The translations under genes were made by a program, and so were the position numbers. A DNA stretch of 64,000 nucleotides, from positions 3,513 to 67,512 of the IMG/VR virus record IMGVR_UViG_3300029985_000042; one strand, written 5' to 3'. The stretch comes from a virus. Below the pieces are notes generated by a model. That model was given only the letters and a program-made list of their open reading frames with translations, was not told the origin of the DNA and made no database searches. This document shows, piece by piece, positions 57,509 to 64,000 of this stretch (its first letter is position 1; each line of letters starts with the position of its first letter).

Positions 57509-58669
57509 ATGATGAACATTAAAAATATAATTGAAACCGTTGTTTCTCGAATAATCAACGAATCATTCCAAACAGGAGAATATTGGATTACTGATGATGG
57601 CTCTACTATCTATTGTGATATTGATGTTGGCGACCAAGGACATCAGGGAGTTATTATCGAGCATTGTGCCAGAGAAATTTTATCGCATTTTGGAATTGAT
57701 ATTGATGACTCTGGTTTATTAGGAGACCATGAAGAAAGTATTAAAGGAATTCTTATTTCCGATGGAAGATTATCCACCGAAGAAATCGAAGAGTGGGATA
57801 GAAAATCTCCATCTGAAATTATTTTAAGAAAATTAATAGAAGATAAAGTGTATCCTTCCGATAAACAAGCAAGTGAAGCATTGTATATTTCATATGGTGG
57901 AACTTCAAGTAGAGACCCCCGGGAATATGGCCTAGAATACTTACACTGGAAGATTTCTAAAACATTTAGCAATAGAATGGAAGTTCAGACATGGACATTA
58001 ACCGAAAAAGATTTATCCATTATAGTAAGAGGATTGAACGATATTTGGGAAGACAATTCTGAAGATGATGATATTCCAGAAGATGAAAGAGATTTGGTAA
58101 ATATAACGGTCTATAAAACCGGAAAAGTATATCATGACATTCCCCTCTCCGTATTGGAAAAAGGATTGGTATCAAGAGTTATAGGATTTAGAAAGGAACA
58201 ACCATGGATGGCGGAAAATATAAATGAAGATTATCATCACTCTCACTCTGACTATAGAATTTTAGAGGGCGACAAACTTATTACCGCAATATTCAATGAC
58301 AACTCCCGCCTACAATTTGAAATACATTTTCGTGATAAAAAGGGAAGAGAAAATAAAGAAAAACATCGGAAGCAAGCCGTCTCAAAATGGAAGTCCTTGG
58401 CGTCGAAAATCCACAATGAAAGTAAAGAATTAAATGAGGTCGGAAATCAACAAGAACTATCATGGAAAGAATGTTTTTCTCAAGCCTTGCAAGACCCAGA
58501 ATTACAAGAATTTATTCGAGATAATCATCATGAGCAAGTCTATCCCCAAGAGGATACCGGGTATGAACAAAAACAAATTTATCCATATATGGAGCCAGAC
58601 GCATATACTCCACAAGGCTCTTCACAGGTCGGTGGCCACATCGACAGCACTAATATACAGGGAGCATGA
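57509..58669 (+). CDS. Acidic modular putative head-internal protein
   Basis: MMNIKNIIETVVSRIINE leader; GEYWI....G...H motif; late motif at 57499. Confidence 0.55.
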   Translation: MMNIKNIIETVVSRIINESFQTGEYWITDDGSTIYCDIDVGDQGHQGVIIEHCAREILSHFGIDIDDSGLLGDHEESIKGILISDGRLSTEEIEEWDRKSPSEIILRKLIEDKVYPSDKQASEALYISYGGTSSRDPREYGLEYLHWKISKTFSNRMEVQTWTLTEKDLSIIVRGLNDIWEDNSEDDDIPEDERDLVNITVYKTGKVYHDIPLSVLEKGLVSRVIGFRKEQPWMAENINEDYHHSHSDYRILEGDKLITAIFNDNSRLQFEIHFRDKKGRENKEKHRKQAVSKWKSLASKIHNESKELNEVGNQQELSWKECFSQALQDPELQEFIRDNHHEQVYPQEDTGYEQKQIYPYMEPDAYTPQGSSQVGGHIDSTNIQGA

Positions 58670-58714
58670 ACTACCCACCCGCTAAAGCAAGTGGGATTTC
58701 TTGCCACGAAGTCG
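58667..58714 (-). mobile_element. IS200/IS605-family end-derived mini-element (solo palindromic end)
   Basis: Minus strand CGACTTCGTGGCAAGAAATCCCACTTGCTTTAGCGGGTGGGTAGTTCA: CCCAC..GCTTTAGC..GTGGG hairpin with TAGTTCA terminus, preceded by TTTAA. Confidence 0.6.
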
Positions 58715-58987
58715 TTAAATAAGTCCTTGCAAACTACACTGTCTCTGAATTTCTGTAAATATTACATTTATAGCGTTGGCTAATATTGGGTCACTGGCTG
58801 ATTTTGTTAACACGTCATTTAAATATAAATTTACATTCATATTTTGTGCTGTATTACCCGTGGCTAAATTGTAAGGAACAAGCTGGGCAGTTACTGTTGC
58901 TTGCCCTGTTATTGCGGGTGCGCTTATATACAGGGATTGCATCCAATATGTATCATAGGTTTGGCTGATTGAACCGGTTATACTCAT
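58715..58987 (-). CDS. Small tail-fibre-associated protein
   Basis: ORF track; last gene of the fibre operon. Confidence 0.5.
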   Translation of the reverse strand: MSITGSISQTYDTYWMQSLYISAPAITGQATVTAQLVPYNLATGNTAQNMNVNLYLNDVLTKSASDPILANAINVIFTEIQRQCSLQGLI

Positions 58988-58989
58988 AG

Positions 58990-59214
58990 TTAGTTTGTGG
59001 TTGGTGGTAAATAGTTATTAATATCTAAATTGAAAAATATACAGGCCGACTCCAAGGTATTAAACCAATACCAACCATTAACTGGATAATTATAGAGTGA
59101 ACTACTTACCGCCAGCAATTGATAGGTTGGACTTAATACTTCGTTGGGAGCATATAATAGTCCAATGGTGCTGTCGGGTTTGTAAAATCCTGAGTTATAT
59201 ATTATATTGTTCAT
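58990..59214 (-). CDS. Small tail-fibre-associated protein
   Basis: GFYK...LLYAPNEV...YPVNGWYWF. Confidence 0.55.
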   Translation of the reverse strand: MNNIIYNSGFYKPDSTIGLLYAPNEVLSPTYQLLAVSSSLYNYPVNGWYWFNTLESACIFFNLDINNYLPPTTN

Positions 59215-59223
59215 AGTATTGTT

Positions 59224-60837
59224 TTATAGAACCAAAGTCCAACCCTTTTCAGTTGCAATGGCTTTTTCACCAGTCGTCAACAGCGAACTACCCGGAGTTC
59301 CTGTTACGGTTATTGTTTGTCCAGTGGTAGTTGCCAAATTGTTAAATACATTTACTAGTTCGGATTCGGACATTCGTGTGTTTAAATATGAAATTGTAAA
59401 TGCACTTCCGGATAATGGAGCCGAAATAAGTGAGTTACAACCGCCAAATATACTTGCAATATTTGCGGCAGATGAACATGAAATTATATTCAGTGCCGGA
59501 ACTGAATGGAGTGAATTACAACCGTTAAACATACTAATAAAATTTGTTCCGTTAGACGTATTTATAAACGGTATAGTTTTTAAAACTAAACAATTATTAA
59601 ACATCTGTAAAAAGTTAGAGCCTGATTGAGTGTTAAATAATGGAACTGACAGTAATGAATAACAACCTTGAACCATAGCGTTAAATGCGGTTCCTTTTGA
59701 GGTATTATATGCGGGAATAGTTTTTAATCCTGCACAATAAGCAGCCATACTGTTAAATGCGGTTCCGTTGGATGTATCCCATAACGGAAGAGATTGTAAT
59801 GAATAACAACTACCAAAGCTACCGGCAAAACTAGTCCCATTAGAGGTATTAAGTAATGGCGCAGTTTGCAATGCACTACAACCACTAAAAAAGTTTTGAA
59901 AATTTGACCCTGATTGAGTGTTAAATAATGGAACTGACAGTAATGAATAACAATTTTGAAACATATTTGGAAAGAGTGTGCCAGCCGAAGTGTTTAATAA
60001 TGGAACTGCTTTTAATGAATAACAACCGTTAAATGCATTAGTAAAATCGGAAATTTTAGAAGTATTAAACGTCGGGATTGATAGTAATGAATAACAATAA
60101 TAAAATGTCTGGTTGAATGAAAGCCCGTTCGACGTATCAAACAATGGAACTGTTTTTAATGAATAACAATTGGAAAACATGGTTCCAAAATTTGTAACGT
60201 TTGTTGTGCTTGCCGACATTATCAAATTTTGAAAAGAATAACAATTAGTAAACAAACTTCCAAGATTTGTAATACTTCCTATTGATTGTATATGCGCTCT
60301 TTCAAGATAATAATTTATCGCCGTCGATCCTCCTCCTACTGTGTTTTCCCCTATATAAAGAGATGAAAAATTTGGACTTCCAACGGTCATATCCAACCAA
60401 GTAGTTGTTTGATTTAATGAAGTTTGTGGATATGCGATTTGAAGGTTTATACTGGTCAATGTTCCCGACCCAGATGGAATTACATTTACGATTGCTTGGT
60501 TCATTATAACTCCGGACGAATGGGTAAATGCGGTGGATGCTGATAAAGAGGCGAAATTATATTTGTGAGAACTGGTTACGTTTGTCGGCGAATAACTTGA
60601 AGTTCCATCCCCCCAATCAACGTGATACCCAAGAGACCCTTGAGCATTTAATGCAACGACACTCAGTGAGTCATTAGTTACTCCATATAGACCAGTAAAT
60701 CTTTGCTCCGAACTTGATACCGGTGTAATTGGCAACCAGTTAGAGTCACGAGACCATATTGAACTAGAAAAGGAATTTACCGACCCAAAACTTATGATTG
60801 GAGTTGAACCCATGAATGCGGCGGCGTAATTACCCAT
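59224..60837 (-). CDS. Putative receptor-binding protein with PKD-like motif and BspA/DUF285-like 24-aa LRR repeats
   Basis: VDWGDG; about 11 repeats of F..CYSL..VPLFNT.SG.NF; GGAGG 5 nt before ATG 60837. Confidence 0.7.
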   Translation of the reverse strand: MGNYAAAFMGSTPIISFGSVNSFSSSIWSRDSNWLPITPVSSSEQRFTGLYGVTNDSLSVVALNAQGSLGYHVDWGDGTSSYSPTNVTSSHKYNFASLSASTAFTHSSGVIMNQAIVNVIPSGSGTLTSINLQIAYPQTSLNQTTTWLDMTVGSPNFSSLYIGENTVGGGSTAINYYLERAHIQSIGSITNLGSLFTNCYSFQNLIMSASTTNVTNFGTMFSNCYSLKTVPLFDTSNGLSFNQTFYYCYSLLSIPTFNTSKISDFTNAFNGCYSLKAVPLLNTSAGTLFPNMFQNCYSLLSVPLFNTQSGSNFQNFFSGCSALQTAPLLNTSNGTSFAGSFGSCYSLQSLPLWDTSNGTAFNSMAAYCAGLKTIPAYNTSKGTAFNAMVQGCYSLLSVPLFNTQSGSNFLQMFNNCLVLKTIPFINTSNGTNFISMFNGCNSLHSVPALNIISCSSAANIASIFGGCNSLISAPLSGSAFTISYLNTRMSESELVNVFNNLATTTGQTITVTGTPGSSLLTTGEKAIATEKGWTLVL

Positions 60838-60902
60838 AAATGCCTCCAATTTTTTTTATATTCATTTTTATATTTATTAGTTGTATCATAATATAAGTAT
60901 TA

Positions 60903-63290
60903 TCAAGCTGTCACAATGTAGATAGTTCCCGCATCTGGAGTTGGCAGTGCAAAATATGCGCTGGCAGAAATTTGAACAATTAATAGTGCCGTTCGATTTG
61001 CTATGGCGGCATTATATTCATAATTAAAGATTGAGCCGGTTTGAACTGTAACATTATTCGTAACTAATGAAGCCGTTATTACTGAACAACTAATGTTTCC
61101 GACCACATCCAATTTATTTACAGGAGTAACCGTCCCAATTCCAATTTGTCCGCTCGAATTTAATATTATTGAGGCCGTGTTTGCATAGCCTCCGGCAAAC
61201 AAGTATAAATTTTTGTTTGGGGTTGCATTACCGACGAATATGTGACCACTAGAAGTGCTATATAAATACGAGTCACTTGCACTTCCTATAAATGGAAACG
61301 TATATCCACTACTATTAATTCCTAAATTTACATAATTGGTAGTAGCCGTTCCAATATCATTATTTATAACTAAGTCGCTAGACCCGGTTGTTCCAGAGTT
61401 AAAATTTTGTATTAATAACTGAGAATAATTATTAATGGACGATAATATAGACGTTGGAGTAGTGACAGAACTACCAGAAATTAAAACTACAGATGAAGTT
61501 AAATTTTGAATTATACCGGTTGAACCAGATGTGTAGCTTGCACTGGTTGAATTCAATGAATAACTAGAAGTTAAAGCATAGCTTGCACTGGTTACAGTTC
61601 CGACAATATTGCTTGCTTTTACATATGACGCACTTATTGACGAACTAGCCCAACTAGAACTAATTGAACTGGTGACTAGGGTTGGTGGAACGTATCCTAT
61701 TAAATAACTAGAAGTTTGTGCGTATGAGGAACTATTAATCAATGTGGTGGCCAATCCAGAAACATTTGATGCTGTAATATATGAAGCAGTATTGCTTAAA
61801 TTAGGAATAAATGTAATGCTTGTTGCCGCACTTGCACTTAAAGAACTACTAGCCCATGATGAACTAATGGAACTTGTTACTAATGTCGGCGGAACATACC
61901 CAATTAGATAACTGGAGGTTACTGAATAACTGGCCGATGTTATAGTTCCAATTACATTACTTGCCGTTATATATGAAGCAGTTTGCGAGGTTGTAATATA
62001 GGATGAAGTGGATGAATTATTACTCCAACTTGAAGTTCCAAATAATGACGCCGTTATTCCAACTACGTTAATTTGACTTGGAATTATCAGGGGGGAATAA
62101 CTACTACTCAACGAGTAACTGCTACTATTTACAGTTCCAAAAATATTGCTTGATGTTATGTATGAAGCAGTATTGCTTAAATTAGGAATAAATGTAATGC
62201 TTGTTGCCGCACTTGAAGTTAAAGAATAACTAGAACTTAATACTGTTCCAATTACATGGCTGGAGGTTACATATGATGCACTTTGTGCTAATGTAACGTA
62301 AGATGAAGTGTTTGCTAATAGTGAAATACTAGAACTCAATGAACTACTAGCCCATGATGAACTAATGGAACTTGTTACTAGAGTTGGTGGAACGTATCCT
62401 ATTAAATAACTAGAAGTTTGTGCGTAGGATGCTGACGTTGAAAAGCTTGATGAATTAATTATATTTGTCTCATATGAGGCACTCAAGGCAAAGGTAGCAT
62501 ATGAAGCACTCAATACGGTCATTGAGCTTGTCTGTGAATTTAATACATATGAACTTGTCGAGTTTATTAGAGAACTTACGGTTAAATCGTTGGATGCGGT
62601 ATATGCCCCAAAATTTTGAGTAGTCTCATATCCAGACAAATCTACCGGATATAAATTTGGAACGTAACTCGAACTTGTCGAGTATGAGGCCGAAATTGAA
62701 ATATCTGAAGTGTCTGAATGACTTGATGAAATTATTATATTAGTTTCATATGATGAACTGACCGCAAATAATGCAAAGGAGGAGGTGGATGAATTTTCAG
62801 AATAACTTGAAGAAGTTGCCATGGAAGCAGTGTATGGGACTCCTCCGTTAAATAAATTGCCGGAAAAATTAAGGTTGCCATTAACATCCAATGTGAACTG
62901 TGGGTTGTCTGTTCCAACTCCAAAGTATCCGCCCCTAGAATTTACAAAACTTGGAGTAAAGAATACCGTCGGGTCTAGAAGTAAGAAGCTATTATTTAAA
63001 TTGTCATACGTAGCCGATGAAAAAACATATTCACAGTTAACTATACCATTAACGTCTAGGGTATATTGTGGATTGGGCTGACTAATTCCAACATATTGAG
63101 TCAATATGTTGTCAGTTATATCTGGAAACTGAATGGGAGAATAACTTGAACTTAATGCCACATTTGCCCACGAAGCGGTTTCAGAATAACTTGAAGAAAT
63201 TGATTGAGACGCTATAAAACTCCCAACAACATCAAGTTGTAAATACCCAAATGGCTGATTTGCTCTGTCCGTTGTTAATATCGTCTTCAT
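60903..63290 (-). CDS. Ser/Thr-rich tail fibre protein
   Basis: VGI..P..TLDVNG and GIGT..P..KLDVVG fibre motifs; many SASY/SSSY repeats. Confidence 0.7.
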   Translation of the reverse strand: MKTILTTDRANQPFGYLQLDVVGSFIASQSISSSYSETASWANVALSSSYSPIQFPDITDNILTQYVGISQPNPQYTLDVNGIVNCEYVFSSATYDNLNNSFLLLDPTVFFTPSFVNSRGGYFGVGTDNPQFTLDVNGNLNFSGNLFNGGVPYTASMATSSSYSENSSTSSFALFAVSSSYETNIIISSSHSDTSDISISASYSTSSSYVPNLYPVDLSGYETTQNFGAYTASNDLTVSSLINSTSSYVLNSQTSSMTVLSASYATFALSASYETNIINSSSFSTSASYAQTSSYLIGYVPPTLVTSSISSSWASSSLSSSISLLANTSSYVTLAQSASYVTSSHVIGTVLSSSYSLTSSAATSITFIPNLSNTASYITSSNIFGTVNSSSYSLSSSYSPLIIPSQINVVGITASLFGTSSWSNNSSTSSYITTSQTASYITASNVIGTITSASYSVTSSYLIGYVPPTLVTSSISSSWASSSLSASAATSITFIPNLSNTASYITASNVSGLATTLINSSSYAQTSSYLIGYVPPTLVTSSISSSWASSSISASYVKASNIVGTVTSASYALTSSYSLNSTSASYTSGSTGIIQNLTSSVVLISGSSVTTPTSILSSINNYSQLLIQNFNSGTTGSSDLVINNDIGTATTNYVNLGINSSGYTFPFIGSASDSYLYSTSSGHIFVGNATPNKNLYLFAGGYANTASIILNSSGQIGIGTVTPVNKLDVVGNISCSVITASLVTNNVTVQTGSIFNYEYNAAIANRTALLIVQISASAYFALPTPDAGTIYIVTA
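61640..62430 (-). repeat. Internal direct repeats in the fibre gene
   Basis: Three YLIGYVPPTLVTSSISSSWASSS units and two SAATSITFIPNLSNTASYIT units (near-identical DNA at about 61780 and 62161). Confidence 0.85.
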
Positions 63291-63381
63291 TATTTATAAA
63301 TACTATATAGTTCAAGATTGGTATTAATTATTAATGCCCATACAATATTGAAGGCTGTAATATTGGGGATGATATCATAGA

Positions 63382-64000
63382 TTATCCAACATCGCCACCA
63401 AGTAAAAAGTTTGATTGGTCTAATTGTATCAATGATATCACGGAATATTGTGCATATGACGATGACAATCCCGTCCTATTTCTTATATTAACACCACTAC
63501 CCAAAACGGTTACTTGACCGCTGCCCGACTGGAACATACTACATGCAAATCCCTGTGGAAGTGTGCTTGGAACTGTTAATGTTACAATCGAACCAGAATT
63601 TACTATTAATAATCTTCCATTCTCAGTTGATGTTAGGGTATATGATGAGGTTATTATTTCCTTGTAAGAACCTGTCAAAATATAGGTCTGAGAATATAGT
63701 GATGAAGTTCCAATTAAATTAGATTGTGATACTGCGTTAGAACTTAAAGAACTACTAGCCCATGATGCACTAATGGAGCTTGTTACTAGAGTTGGTGGAA
63801 CATATCCAATTAAATAACTTGCCGTAACCGCATTCGTCGGAACATAGATGGAACCACCGTTATAAAGGTTGCCAGCAAAGTTAATATCTCCATTAACATC
63901 TAATGTGAACTGGGGATTGAATTGATTAATACCAACCAAACTCGCAGACAATAGGACATTACCTTGGATGCCACCAGTTTGGACATGGCCGCTGCCAGCA
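63382..64000 (-). CDS. Tail fibre protein, 5'-partial
   Basis: Frame open to the window end; PQFTLDVNG; shared YLIGYVPPTL unit; C-terminal TLTVP...Q.GSGQV...LLGGD. Confidence 0.7.
   Translation of the reverse strand, partial: AGSGHVQTGGIQGNVLLSASLVGINQFNPQFTLDVNGDINFAGNLYNGGSIYVPTNAVTASYLIGYVPPTLVTSSISASWASSSLSSNAVSQSNLIGTSSLYSQTYILTGSYKEIITSSYTLTSTENGRLLIVNSGSIVTLTVPSTLPQGFACSMFQSGSGQVTVLGSGVNIRNRTGLSSSYAQYSVISLIQLDQSNFLLGGDVG

Noticed and set aside
60830-60889. 19-aa minus-strand ORF ending MNIKKIGGIYG behind a late motif
   Set aside because: Possibly the stub of a deleted GIY-YIG gene, but too short to support.
59224-63951. Diversity-generating retroelement acting on fibre genes
   Set aside because: No reverse transcriptase in the window; repeat differences are not adenine-specific.
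1-64000. Stop-codon recoding (TAG/TGA), as in some large phages
   Set aside because: Core genes are full length in the standard code; the few breaks are frameshifts, not in-frame stops.
1-64000. CRISPR array, canonical tRNA or rRNA
   Set aside because: No regularly spaced repeat-spacer units or complete cloverleaf seen by eye.

Overview
AT-rich fragment of a large T4-like (gp17/gp20/gp21/gp22/gp23) dsDNA phage genome in the standard genetic code. Layout: tail/baseplate genes (1-11.8 kb); primase and a fused Mre11-Rad50 (gp47/gp46) nuclease; terminase, intein-containing portal and prohead protease (19-27 kb); an accessory block with GMP reductase, HD protein, nucleotidyltransferase, two DNA methyltransferases, Nudix, NAMPT and NADAR (31-46 kb); scaffold and major capsid (48.5-51.5 kb); further accessory genes; minus-strand tail-fibre/receptor-binding genes (58.7-64 kb). 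About 14 homing-type nuclease genes or fragments are interspersed. Best leads: (1) a family of late proteins with a shared N-terminal leader ending in hydrophobic-x-E (candidate capsid-targeting/gp21-cleavage signal) fused to ADP-ribosyltransferase-like, GNAT-like and Zn-finger cargo; (2) unannotated, mutually homologous ribbon-helix-helix micro-ORFs coupled to two unrelated homing endonucleases; (3) a pervasive [ST]-[GA]-S motif in virion-surface proteins (candidate glycosylation sequon); (4) an incomplete or variant NAD-reconstitution cluster; (5) two promoter classes, a sense-strand ATA[TC]TTAT motif and sigma70-like promoters with a 16-nt spacer and near-leaderless mRNAs; (6) a 48-nt IS200/IS605-like mini-element. 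All assignments come from motif reading by eye; no searches were run.
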